Assembly (NCBI GenBank): GCA_964570285.1
Contig: CAZMXP010000008.1
Coordinates: forward strand, 36,659 to 100,658
From: an uncultured Planctomycetaceae bacterium
GTDB lineage: Bacteria > Planctomycetota > PLA2
Reading direction: 5' to 3'
DNA length: 64,000 nt
This document shows, one piece after another, positions 18,410 to 27,410 of this stretch. The stretch's first letter is position 1, and the number at the start of each line of letters is the position of its first letter. Under the pieces are notes generated by a model that did no database searches, was not told the DNA's origin, and saw only the letters and a list, made by a program, of their open reading frames with translations. The translations under genes and the position numbers were made by a program.

Positions 18410-20635
18410 GTGGTGGCGCCAACGATGAGCCCTCGGACATCCCTCCCCGCGCGGCGCCGCCGGCGCGCCGCGCTCCCGGTCCTTCTCGCGCTCCTGTCGG
18501 CGCCCGTCGCGGCGCAGGAGGCGGTGCCGGCCGAGAGGATCGCCGCGGAGGGCGGGGGGGTCCTCTATCGATACGCCTGCGGCGAGACGATCCAGCGCGT
18601 GCTGGTCGTGCGCGGCAGCGCGCGGGAGATGGGGCTCGCGCACGGGCGGCTGCTGCGGGAGGAGGTGCGGCAGTCGGTGCGCGCCTTCCTCGACGAGTGG
18701 GCGATCGGGCGCATGGGGCGCAGCCGCGGGGAGCTCTCGGCGATCTGGACGAGTCTCGCGCCGCACATCCCGCCGCGCTACCACGAGGAGTTGGCCGCGC
18801 TCGCCGAAGGCTCGGGAGTCCCGCTCGACGACCTGCGCCTCGTCCACGCGATCCCGAGCCGCTACCACTGCACCGGCGCCGCCGCGCTCCCCTCCGTGAC
18901 GAGGGACGAGAAGACCTACCACACGAGGTCGCTCGACTACGCCCTCGACATCGGCGACCGCGTTCGCCCCCAGACGAACAGCCTGCTGCTCGTCGCGGTC
19001 CCCGACGACGGGATCGCCCACGCGGTCGTGACCTGGGCGGGGTTTCTCGGCTGCGTCACCGGGATGAACCTCGCCGGGCTGAGCGTCGGCGAGATGGGCT
19101 CGCGCTCGAGCGACGAGAGCTTCGACGGCTTCCCGATGGTGTTCCGCCTGCGGGAGACGCTGCGGAGCGCGCGCGACGTCGGGGAGGCGAAGGAGTGCTG
19201 GCGCGGGGGACCCCGCACCTGCGGCTACAACTTCCTCTTCGCCGACGCCTCGACCGCGGTCGCCGTCGAATGCAACCGCTCGCGCATCGCGTTCTTCGGC
19301 CCCGGCGATCCCGCCGAGAACGTCGAGCCCCACGCGGCGATCGCCGGCATCGTGCGGCGTTCCAACCACTTCGTCGATCCCGGTCTCGCGAGCACGCAGC
19401 GCGATCCCTACGACCCGCGCCGGAGCGCCGCGTCGAGCTGGACCGCCTATGCGCAGCAGGGGGACTTCCTGCGCGAGCGTCGAGGGGAGATCGACGCCGA
19501 AACGATGATCGCGCTGCTTCGCGGCTATCCGCCCACCCACGCCTGCCTGCACCAGGCCGTCCTCTGTCCGGGTGACGCGACGCTCTGGATCTCGCAGGCC
19601 ACCGATCCCGCCACGGACCCTCTGCCCGGGGCGCAGAACCAGCCCTTCTTCCGCTACGACCTGCGCTCCCTCGTCCGCGGGGCCGGCCCCCCCGCGGCAG
19701 CCCTCCGGTACGGGGCGAAGCGCTCGCCGCCGGAGGCGGGTGCCGAGACGGGGCTCGTCGACGGGGAGCGGGCCATCGAGGGGCCGCTCGGCCACGCGCC
19801 TTCGGCCTTCGCATGGCGCCTCGAGCCCCTGCGCTCCCTCGGACCCACGACGATCCATCGGCTGACCTTCCCCTCCCCGGGGCCGAGCGAGCATCCCGAG
19901 AATCTCACCGTCCACGCCGAGTACTACCGCCCCGGCGGCGAGGGTCCCCACGCCTCCGCGATCGTGCTCGACATCCTCGACGGCCGCGCCCACGTCGCGC
20001 GCCTGCTCGCGACCGCGCTCGCGGCGAAGGGCGTCGCGGCCCTCTACCTGAAGCTGCCCTACTACGGCGAGAGGCGGCCCGCGCAGATGGACTTCGCCGC
20101 GATCGACCTGCCCGACGCGGTCGCGGCGCTGACGCAGGCGGTGCGCGACGTGCGGCGGGGTGCCGCATGGCTGCGCTCGCGGCGCGAACTCGACAGGGAC
20201 CGGGTCGGCATCGTCGGCGTGAGCCTGGGCTCGTTTGTCGCGCAGGTCGCGGCCGGCGCGGACGGGTCGTTCCACCGGTGCTGCTTCGTGCTCGGCGGAG
20301 GCTCCATCGCGGACGCGATCTACAGCGGCGGGAGGGAGACGCGCGCCGCGGCGGCGCTCCTCGAGGCCCGGGGCTGGACGAGGGAGAGGGTCGCGGCACT
20401 CCTGGACCCCGTCGAGCCCCTCTCGCAGGCCAAGGGCATCGCGCGGGAGTCGGTCCTGATGCTGAACTGCCGCGAGGACGAGGTCGTGCCCCGCGACTCG
20501 GTCGTGCGCTACTGGGAGGCGCTCGGCCGGCCTGAAATCATCTGGTACGACGGCAACCACTACGGCATGAAGGACCACATCTTCGACGTGCTCGGCCGGA
20601 TCACCGCCCACCTGGCGAAGCCCGGCGGATCCTGA
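18410..20635 (+). CDS. Secreted fusion protein with an N-terminal peptidase-C45 / acyl-CoA:6-APA-acyltransferase-like domain and a C-terminal alpha/beta hydrolase.
   Basis: Signal peptide. ...GSAREMGLAHGRLL... (C45-like). GVSLGSF (GxSxG) in the C-terminal half. Confidence 0.6.
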   Translation: MVAPTMSPRTSLPARRRRRAALPVLLALLSAPVAAQEAVPAERIAAEGGGVLYRYACGETIQRVLVVRGSAREMGLAHGRLLREEVRQSVRAFLDEWAIGRMGRSRGELSAIWTSLAPHIPPRYHEELAALAEGSGVPLDDLRLVHAIPSRYHCTGAAALPSVTRDEKTYHTRSLDYALDIGDRVRPQTNSLLLVAVPDDGIAHAVVTWAGFLGCVTGMNLAGLSVGEMGSRSSDESFDGFPMVFRLRETLRSARDVGEAKECWRGGPRTCGYNFLFADASTAVAVECNRSRIAFFGPGDPAENVEPHAAIAGIVRRSNHFVDPGLASTQRDPYDPRRSAASSWTAYAQQGDFLRERRGEIDAETMIALLRGYPPTHACLHQAVLCPGDATLWISQATDPATDPLPGAQNQPFFRYDLRSLVRGAGPPAAALRYGAKRSPPEAGAETGLVDGERAIEGPLGHAPSAFAWRLEPLRSLGPTTIHRLTFPSPGPSEHPENLTVHAEYYRPGGEGPHASAIVLDILDGRAHVARLLATALAAKGVAALYLKLPYYGERRPAQMDFAAIDLPDAVAALTQAVRDVRRGAAWLRSRRELDRDRVGIVGVSLGSFVAQVAAGADGSFHRCCFVLGGGSIADAIYSGGRETRAAAALLEARGWTRERVAALLDPVEPLSQAKGIARESVLMLNCREDEVVPRDSVVRYWEALGRPEIIWYDGNHYGMKDHIFDVLGRITAHLAKPGGS

Positions 20636-21743
20636 GCCCGCGACGGCGCAACTCCTTCAGGTGGTCTTGGCCGAAGCCCGCCGCGTCCGGCGTGTAGGCG
20701 CCCGCGCGCAACTCCCCTCGGGCCATCGCCGCCGCGACGACCGCGGTGGGATAGCCGGTCGTCTGCTCCATCGCGGTAAAGCCCGTCGCCGGGTCGTGGA
20801 ATTGCAGCATCTCGTAGCGCACGCCGCGGCCTCGCCGGTCGGTGGCCTCGACGCGCAGGATCGCGAGGTCCTTCACGTCGGCCTCGAGGAGGCGCGGGCC
20901 GACGATCGTGTGGAACGCCTCGCGCGGCACGAGGCCGTCGACCGGATCAAGGGAGAGCAGCCCGAGATCGATCATCGCCCGCACCTTCTCGAAGTGGCCG
21001 CGGTAGCGGACCGTCTTGTACTCGTAGGTCTCGAGCCTGCCGCGGTGGCGCCACGGCGCGGTGCTCGTGCCGCCGCTCGTGAAGAAGGCCTCGAGCGGTC
21101 CCAAGCGCTTCGGCCCGTCGTAGGGCTCGACCTCGGTGAATGCCTCCATGCGCCTGAGCCTGCCGTCGCGCAGGATGACCGCCTCTCCCGTGTATTCGTT
21201 CGTCAGCCCCTCGATGCTGAAGAGCAGGCTGTAGCCCAGCGGCCCCCTCGGGACCGTCGGCAGTCCGCCGCAGCGGATGCGCACGTGCCGCGCGCCGTCG
21301 ACCTCGTCGATGGCGATCGCGGCGAGCACGTTGCCGAGCCCGGGGGCGAGGCCGCAGTCGGGAATGATCGACACCCCCGCGCGGCGCGCCGCGCGATCGA
21401 GCGTGAGCGCCTCCTTCACGAGATCGGTGTTGCCCCCGAGGTCGCAGAAGTGGACCTTCGCTTCCAGCGCGGCGCGCGCCAGCGCCGGGTTGAAGCGGTA
21501 GGGCATCGCGCTGACCGCGGCGGCGTGGCCGCGCAGCAGGGCCACGGCATCGGCGCCCTCGAGTCGCCGGGCGACGGCCCTGACGGGAGTGCCCGGCACG
21601 AGGGCGCGCAGCCGGCGCGCACCGCCGTTCACGACCCGTGCCTCGGCGTCGACGAGCGTCACCCCCCCCGCGCCCCCCCACTTCATCAGGTCGTAGGCGA
21701 TCGCGAGGCCCTGGCGGCCCGCGCCCAGCACCGCGTACTTCAT
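20601..21743 (-). CDS. Saccharopine dehydrogenase-like NAD(P) oxidoreductase.
   Basis: True start MKYAVLGAGRQGLAIAYDL (Rossmann) at 21743. The upstream part of the long ORF is GC-frame readthrough. Confidence 0.75.
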   Translation of the reverse strand: MKYAVLGAGRQGLAIAYDLMKWGGAGGVTLVDAEARVVNGGARRLRALVPGTPVRAVARRLEGADAVALLRGHAAAVSAMPYRFNPALARAALEAKVHFCDLGGNTDLVKEALTLDRAARRAGVSIIPDCGLAPGLGNVLAAIAIDEVDGARHVRIRCGGLPTVPRGPLGYSLLFSIEGLTNEYTGEAVILRDGRLRRMEAFTEVEPYDGPKRLGPLEAFFTSGGTSTAPWRHRGRLETYEYKTVRYRGHFEKVRAMIDLGLLSLDPVDGLVPREAFHTIVGPRLLEADVKDLAILRVEATDRRGRGVRYEMLQFHDPATGFTAMEQTTGYPTAVVAAAMARGELRAGAYTPDAAGFGQDHLKELRRRGLRIRRASPGGR

Positions 21744-22639
21744 TTCGCGCGCCTCGTGGCGGCCTCGGGCGGCGGCTGGCAGCGCGGCGCGCCGACGACC
21801 GCCTGCAGCAGGATCAGCGTCGTCGCCTTCTCGGCGGGCAGCCCGAGCACCGCATAGCCGCCGTTCGGGATCGTGAGCGTGCGGCGGGCGGTGGCCGCGT
21901 GGAGTTCGGGTTGCTGCACCTGTCCCCTCATGGCGCCGACGGCGACCTCGCGCACCGCGATCGGACGCACGATGTCGGAGACGACGAGGTCGCAGTCGAA
22001 GGTCAGGAAGTTGCGGTCCGCCGAGAGCGCCGGGGTCCAGCGGAGCGTCGCGCCCACGGTGAGGCTTCCGATGGCCGGATCGACGATGCCGCCGTCGCCG
22101 ACGCGCAGTTCGGAGACGTAGGAGATCCGGCGCTGCACGCGCGCCTCGGCGGGGCAGCGCTCCCGGCCGGTGACGGCGATCCAGCCGAGCGTCTCGCTCG
22201 CGGGCTCGTCGGCGATGCGCTCCCAGAGGCGCCCCCACGCCCCCCCCTCCTCGCCGACCCGTTGGCCGCGCCGCTCGCCGAGCAGCGCCTCCGCGAACGC
22301 GTGCGGCACCGAGACCGCGTAGAGGTCGACGCCGACGTTGACCCCCTCGCCGCCGATCAGGGCGTCGCGCGTGCGCTCGACCCGGAGGAGGTCGTCCGCG
22401 CGGGCGGTCGCCGCTTCCGCCGCGAGGTCGGCGAGCCAGCGCGCCGTATCGTGGCCGCGCCGGGCGACCTCGCGCAGCACGTCGCGCGCGTAGGCCGCGT
22501 CGTCGAGGAGCCGCAGGCCCGCCGCGCGCCGCTCCGCGTCGGGCGAGAGCAGCATCGCCGCGCACTCCTCCGGCAGCGGCGGCGGGAGGTCGGCGCAGAC
22601 GAGTGCGGCGAGGAGCGCGAGGGGGATGGCGCGTCGCAT
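21740..22639 (-). CDS. Secreted hypothetical protein.
   Basis: MRRAIPLALLAALVCA... signal peptide. The stop overlaps the downstream ATG (ATGA). Confidence 0.45.
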   Translation of the reverse strand: MRRAIPLALLAALVCADLPPPLPEECAAMLLSPDAERRAAGLRLLDDAAYARDVLREVARRGHDTARWLADLAAEAATARADDLLRVERTRDALIGGEGVNVGVDLYAVSVPHAFAEALLGERRGQRVGEEGGAWGRLWERIADEPASETLGWIAVTGRERCPAEARVQRRISYVSELRVGDGGIVDPAIGSLTVGATLRWTPALSADRNFLTFDCDLVVSDIVRPIAVREVAVGAMRGQVQQPELHAATARRTLTIPNGGYAVLGLPAEKATTLILLQAVVGAPRCQPPPEAATRRAK

Positions 22640-22679
22640 CGGCCCAGTGGGCCGCGTTCGCGTCATCCCCCGGTCATGG

Positions 22680-23669
22680 CTAGTGGGGCGCCGCCTTCAG
22701 CCCCTCGAGCATCTGCTTCGCCCGCTCGGCGGTCTTGAGCCCCTCGTGCTTCTTCAGGAACCTCTCGAGCTTGTCCGCCACCTCGGCGATCTTCTTCGCG
22801 CGGTTGCCGGCCTCGGCCTTCTCCGCGGCGATCTTGTCGAGCTCCTTGCTCGCCGACATCTCCTTCTTCACCGCGGGGTCCGCCTTCAGCTCCTTTTCAT
22901 GCGTGTCGGCCCATGTCGCGTCGACCGTCCCCTTGAAGTGCTTGCTCACGAGGTCGAGCGCGGCGAAGACGCGGTCGTAGCTTCCGAGCTTCTCGCCCTC
23001 CTCGACCTCGCGCTTCCAGTAGGCGCGGTGCTTCTCGACGCGGCCGATCAGGTAGTGCGCGTCGGCCTCGGCCTCGCGCAGGCCGTCCTTCGCGAGCGAT
23101 TCCGCCGCGCCGAGATCGCCCTTCGCGAACGCGGCCGACGCGGACTTCAGCGCCGCGTCGAGGGGACGCAGGTAGAAGTCCTTCACCTTCTTCAGGTGCT
23201 TCTCGATCTCGCCCTCCGTCAGCGACGCGGGGTGGCCCTCCCACGCGACGGTTCCGTCGGGCGCGACGAGGTAGGCGTGCGGGATGCCGCCGCTGCCATA
23301 GGGCGTCTGCTCGGAGATCAGCCCGACGCTATAGGTGATGCCCTTCTGCGGAACGAAGGGCTCGATCTTCTCCGCATCCTCGCTCGTGATCGCGAGGATC
23401 CTCAGCCCGTCTTTCGCGAAGCTCGCACGGAGCTCGTTGAGGTGGGGGATCGCCCCCACGCAGGGGGGTCACCACGTCGCCCAGAACTCGACGAGCAGGA
23501 GCTTCCCGCGCAGGTCGGCAACGGAGTCGCCCTCGCAGGCGTTGAGCCACTTCGCCACCTTGAAGTCGGGGGCTTCCTTGCCCCGGAGGGACTGCCACTC
23601 CGCGCGAGCCGGACTGGCCGCGAGAAGCGCAAGAGTCGCAACGATTGCCAGTGTGCGCATGGGGCGCAT
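22680..23669 (-). CDS. Periplasmic TlpA/ResA-like thioredoxin-fold protein with an in-frame TGA at the first Cys of the CxxC motif (W-[TGA]-P-P-C); a selenocysteine-protein candidate, with a Lys/Glu-rich helical C-terminal extension.
   Basis: ORFs 23469..23822 and 22680..23459 are in the same frame, separated only by TGA (23469-23471). Read-through gives ...LLLVEFWATW-U-PPCVGAIPHLNEL... A GUGGGGG-CGAU-CCCCCAC hairpin begins 10 nt after the UGA. Signal peptide MRPMRTLAIVATLALLAA. Confidence 0.55.
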
Positions 23670-23706
23670 TCTACAACGGCGCGTCCCTTCGCGCCCCGCG
23701 ACGCCG

Positions 23707-25071
23707 TCACCGCGGGCCGGCCCCCAGCCGGGACTCGGGCAGGCGGATCTCCGCGTCGAAGGCCTCGTTGTCGCGCCAGCCGGCCACCGCGATCGAGCCC
23801 TTCGCGCCGCCGACGGCGGCATTCAGTTCGTCGAGGCTGCGGATCGCGCTCTCGCCGCCCCGCCCGAGGACGTCCCCGCGCCGGATGCCCGCCTCGGCGG
23901 CGGGGCTGCCGGGCGTGACGCCGCGCACGAGCACGCCCTCCGTGGCCGCGTCGAGCCCGAGCCAGCGGCGCAGGTCGGGGGTCAGGTCCACGCAGTCGAG
24001 GCCGAGCGCCTCGGCGGAGGCGGGGGCCGCCTTCGAGGTCGCCCGGTCCTCGGTCGTCACGGAGACGCGGCGCCCGTCGCCCAACTCCACCTCGATGCCC
24101 TCCCCGACGCGGGAGCAGGCAAGCACCCGGGAGAGGTCGGACGCGCTCTCGCACGCCTCGCCGTTCACCGAGACGACGATGTCGCGCTGCTTCAGCCCCG
24201 CACGCTCCGCCGGCGATCCGGCCAGTACCCGCGAGAGCACGACCCCCTTGCCCTTGACGTCGCCGGCGACGACGCCGACGAACGCGCTGCGCACGCGCCC
24301 GAACTCGTCGAGATCGGCCAGCAGCCGGTGGATGAGCGGCCCCGGAAGAAACGTGGACTCGGTGCGCGGCGCCGCGACGGCGGCACTCAGTCGCAACTGG
24401 TCCTCTGCCCACTGCTGCCGCAGCGCCCGCGTGAGCGCGGCCGCCTGCACAGCGCGCGACGCGGCCGCGAAGCGGGTGCCGCGGGGAGCCGGCACGCGGA
24501 GCGCGAGCAGCGTCCCGCCGGGCCCCAGCAGCGCCACCGCCTCCCCCGGCGCCCCCTCCACATCCACGCGCGCCGCCGCGCGCGAGCAGCCCGAGATCAT
24601 CGCCAGCGACGGCGAGTCGCCATACGCGACCGCCAGCGTGCCCGGCTGCAGCCTCGCCCAGTCGCCCTCCGGCGACAGGCCCTCCCCCTCCGGCAGCGTC
24701 GCGATGGCGATGCCGAGGTCGGCGTCGGAGAATGCCACCGTGGCACTCTCCTGCTTGCCGGCGATGCTCACCGTCACCGTCCGGCCGGCGGCGCCGGCCG
24801 ACGCGGGCAGCGCGAGGTACTTCGAGCGCAGGCGCAGGCCGTGGGTCGGCTCCGTCGGGCCAACACGCAGTTCGGGTGAGAGCACGTACATGCCCGGCTG
24901 CTGACCCGTAGGGACAAGGCCGAGGGAGACGTGCGTGCCGGCGAGTTCGACGACCGCCCCCTCCGCGCGGACGACGATCCGGCGCATCTCCTCGCCGAGC
25001 CGTTCGAGAAGGGACTCCTGCGCGCGCGCGGAGGAGGCGAGTACGAGGAGCAGGAGGGCAAGCGTACGCAT
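23707..25071 (-). CDS. HtrA/DegP-like periplasmic protein with two PDZ domains (protease domain divergent).
   Basis: Signal peptide MRTLALLLLVLASSARA. Two PDZ-like segments: ...GVVLSRVLAGSPAERAGLKQRDIV... and ...GVLVRGVTPGSPAAEAGIRRGDVL... No clean GNSGGP. Confidence 0.6.
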   Translation of the reverse strand: MRTLALLLLVLASSARAQESLLERLGEEMRRIVVRAEGAVVELAGTHVSLGLVPTGQQPGMYVLSPELRVGPTEPTHGLRLRSKYLALPASAGAAGRTVTVSIAGKQESATVAFSDADLGIAIATLPEGEGLSPEGDWARLQPGTLAVAYGDSPSLAMISGCSRAAARVDVEGAPGEAVALLGPGGTLLALRVPAPRGTRFAAASRAVQAAALTRALRQQWAEDQLRLSAAVAAPRTESTFLPGPLIHRLLADLDEFGRVRSAFVGVVAGDVKGKGVVLSRVLAGSPAERAGLKQRDIVVSVNGEACESASDLSRVLACSRVGEGIEVELGDGRRVSVTTEDRATSKAAPASAEALGLDCVDLTPDLRRWLGLDAATEGVLVRGVTPGSPAAEAGIRRGDVLGRGGESAIRSLDELNAAVGGAKGSIAVAGWRDNEAFDAEIRLPESRLGAGPR

Positions 25072-25079
25072 GGGAACTC

Positions 25080-25439
25080 CTAGCGAAGAACGAGGTTCTC
25101 GAAGACGACCGGATGGGGTTCGGAGGCGGGGACCGGCTCGGCCGCGGCGGTCGGCCTGACGAAGGCGAGCGTGACGAGCACGCCGGCGGCGAACGCCGCC
25201 GCGTAGCGGAGCAGCGCCAGCGCGGGCCTCGCGCGCCAGCGCGCCCAGATGCGGGCGGGAAGTTCGGGGGGGGCGGGGGGGACCGGATAGGCCTCGAGCA
25301 GCAGCGCGTGTTCGCGCCTCGCCGCCGCGGCGAGCTGCGGCTCGCGCGACATCAGAGACTCCGCCTCGAGGGCGCCCTCCCCGTCGAGCAGGCCGTCGAG
25401 ATAGTCGTGGATGAGGGAGAGGCGTTCGGTTCGGTTCAT
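25080..25439 (-). CDS. Anti-sigma factor (single TM).
   Basis: Immediately downstream of, and overlapping (ATGA), the ECF sigma gene. Carries a TM segment ...LALLRYAAAFAAGVLVTLAFV... Confidence 0.55.
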   Translation of the reverse strand: MNRTERLSLIHDYLDGLLDGEGALEAESLMSREPQLAAAARREHALLLEAYPVPPAPPELPARIWARWRARPALALLRYAAAFAAGVLVTLAFVRPTAAAEPVPASEPHPVVFENLVLR

Positions 25440-25951
25440 GGCCGGTCCTCGCGGAGAAGGGGGGAGAGGCGGTGCGCGAGAATCTCTCGCGCGCGGCGGA
25501 AGCGCTCCTTGGCGGTGCGTTCGCAGACGCCGAGAGCCATGGCGACCTTCTGGTAGGGCAGTTCATGGTGGGCGCGCAGCAGGAAGGCCTCGCGCAGGTC
25601 GCACGGCAGGCGGGCGACCTCCAAGCGGACGCGCTCGCCGATCTCGCGCGCCTCGGCGGCGGAGGGGCCGTCGCCGCCCTCGGGCGCGGGCGCCTCGTCC
25701 GGGGGCAGGGGCCCCGGCCGACGCCTGCGGGCGCCGTCGCGGGCGAGGTTGGTCGCCACGCGGAAGAGCCATGCGCCGAGGGTGCCGTTGACGCCGTGGA
25801 TCGAATCGCGGTGGCGGAGGAAGCGGAGGAAGGTCTCCTGCGTGAGTTCGTCCGCCAGCGCCGCGTCGCCCGTGAGGCGCGCGAGATAGGCGTGCACCGC
25901 CCCCCCGTACTCGGCGTAGATCGCGTCGAACGCGGCGTCCATCCACCCCAA
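25436..25951 (-). CDS. RNA polymerase ECF sigma-70 factor.
   Basis: ...ELTQETFLRFLR... region 2 and ...LPYQKVAMALGVCERTAKERFRRAR... region 4 HTH. Confidence 0.85.
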   Translation of the reverse strand: MGWMDAAFDAIYAEYGGAVHAYLARLTGDAALADELTQETFLRFLRHRDSIHGVNGTLGAWLFRVATNLARDGARRRRPGPLPPDEAPAPEGGDGPSAAEAREIGERVRLEVARLPCDLREAFLLRAHHELPYQKVAMALGVCERTAKERFRRAREILAHRLSPLLREDRP

Positions 25952-26005
25952 TAGACGCTCGCCTCGTCAGCCGAGTGCAGGGTTTCTGCGTAAGATGCGC
26001 GCCCG

Positions 26006-26413
26006 GTGCATCTCCTCTGCGAGACCTTCATCCCTCTGCTGGCGGTGGGGCTACTCTGGGCGGGATTCCGCTCGTCCCGCCCACCGTGGGAGATCTATGG
26101 GGGGTGCCTCGCCGCCGCGGGCCTCGTCTACCTGCTGACCTGGGCCGACCGCCGGCAAGGCTGGTGGGCCGGGTGGGGCCTCGACTTCAGCACCCACGCG
26201 GGGATCGCGACGGTGCTCGTCGTGGCTCTCTCTTTCCATGGCAGGCGCTGGCTTGCCGCGGCGGCGTCCACGCTCGTCGGCTACGCGCTCGTCATGGTCG
26301 ACCTCGGCTACCACACGTGGACCGACCTTGGCTCCTCCGTCGCCGCGGTCGTTCCGCTCGCGCTCGGTTGTGCGCTGGCGGCGCGGGCGGCACGGAGCCG
26401 CCCGCGTGCCTAG
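26006..26413 (+). CDS. Small hypothetical membrane protein.
   Basis: Four predicted TM segments; no recognisable motifs. Confidence 0.35.
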   Translation: MHLLCETFIPLLAVGLLWAGFRSSRPPWEIYGGCLAAAGLVYLLTWADRRQGWWAGWGLDFSTHAGIATVLVVALSFHGRRWLAAAASTLVGYALVMVDLGYHTWTDLGSSVAAVVPLALGCALAARAARSRPRA

Positions 26414-26961
26414 CCGAGGAGCATCAGCACCATGGAGACCCCGACGGGGATCGCCAGGTTGTCGAGTTTGGAGCCCGAGAGCGCCTCGATCACCGTCGCG
26501 GCGGCTCCGCCGGCGAGGCTCAGCGGCCAGCCGAAGAAGATGCGGCACCCGAGCGTCGCCGCGACGAAGCAGGCGAGACTGCCGGCGAGAGAGACCTTCC
26601 CCCAGCGCGGCGACTCGACGTTGGAGCCGACAAGGGCGGCCGAAGGGTCCCCCAGCGCCAGCGCGAGAATCCCGGCCGAGGCGCAGGCGGGAGGGGTCAG
26701 CGTGACGGCGAGGGCGCATCCCGCGAAATAGAGGGTCGAGCCGTTCCAGCCGTGCACGTCCTTCTTGTCGAGGATGAGCTTCAGCCAGCGCAGGAAGGCG
26801 GCTTGCAGCGCGGGCGATCGCGCCCGCGCCAGGTCGATCGCCCCCAGAAGGACGACGAGCACCCAGAGGAGCGTCGCGGCGAGCCACCGATCCAGAGGAG
26901 GGAGCCGGTAGACCAGCACGACGAGAATGCCGGAGGCGTGGAAGAGCTTGCGACTGAGCAC
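26410..26961 (-). CDS. Polytopic membrane protein, possibly of the DGK1/VTE5/dolichol-kinase-like family.
   Basis: Several TM helices; ...HGWNGSTLYFAGCALAV... Weak family assignment. Confidence 0.4.
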   Translation of the reverse strand: MLSRKLFHASGILVVLVYRLPPLDRWLAATLLWVLVVLLGAIDLARARSPALQAAFLRWLKLILDKKDVHGWNGSTLYFAGCALAVTLTPPACASAGILALALGDPSAALVGSNVESPRWGKVSLAGSLACFVAATLGCRIFFGWPLSLAGGAAATVIEALSGSKLDNLAIPVGVSMVLMLLG

Positions 26962-27137
26962 GTACGCTCCTGCTACGCCGTGTCACCCAAAGGGGCCAGC
27001 GGGCGCGCGCCCCCGCACCCCCCGAGATTCACGAACGTACGTAAGTACTTATTTTGCAACATGCTAGCGGTTTTTACGTGATTCTTGCAATCCCGGCACC
27101 TGATTTGCTCGTTTCTAGGGGTAGAGAGAGAAAACCC

Positions 27138-27410
27138 ATGACGAACAACAGAGACAAGAGCGCGAGGCGGCCCACCAGCAACCCGAAGCTCCACGCCATC
27201 ACCTTCTGCACCGACTGCGGCGTCGCGATCCCGGAGCGCGCGATGACCTGTTTCGCCTGCGGCAGCAAGCAGAACCGCGGCGAGAAGACCGTGCAGGTCC
27301 TCTTCTGCGAGAAGTGCGGCAAGGACTTCCCCTCCCAGGCGATGGCGTGCTTCCACTGCGGCCACCTCAACCCGCGCCACCCCTACTTCACGGGCCACAT
27401 CGCCCGGTAG
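27138..27410 (+). CDS. Small double zinc-ribbon protein (two CxxC-N-CxxC pairs).
   Basis: MTNNRDKSARR...CTDCG...CFACG...CEKCG...CFHCG. An AT-rich leader lies at 27000-27137. Confidence 0.5.
   Translation: MTNNRDKSARRPTSNPKLHAITFCTDCGVAIPERAMTCFACGSKQNRGEKTVQVLFCEKCGKDFPSQAMACFHCGHLNPRHPYFTGHIAR

Noticed and set aside
17201-20611. 1136-aa minus-strand ORF.
   Set aside because: Antisense to the FAD oxidase and C45-hydrolase genes. Artefact of GC-rich third-position bias.
23459-23471. Frameshift or pseudogene explanation for the split thioredoxin ORFs.
   Set aside because: Both halves are in the same reading frame and separated only by TGA. Six, not seven, G residues were counted at 23463-23468, so no indel is needed. 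It was interpreted instead as a possible Sec codon, though a nonsense mutation cannot be excluded.
27060-27137. Possible sigma54 (-24/-12) promoter in the AT-rich leader.
   Set aside because: A TTGCA element is present but there is no GG dinucleotide at the required 10-nt spacing.
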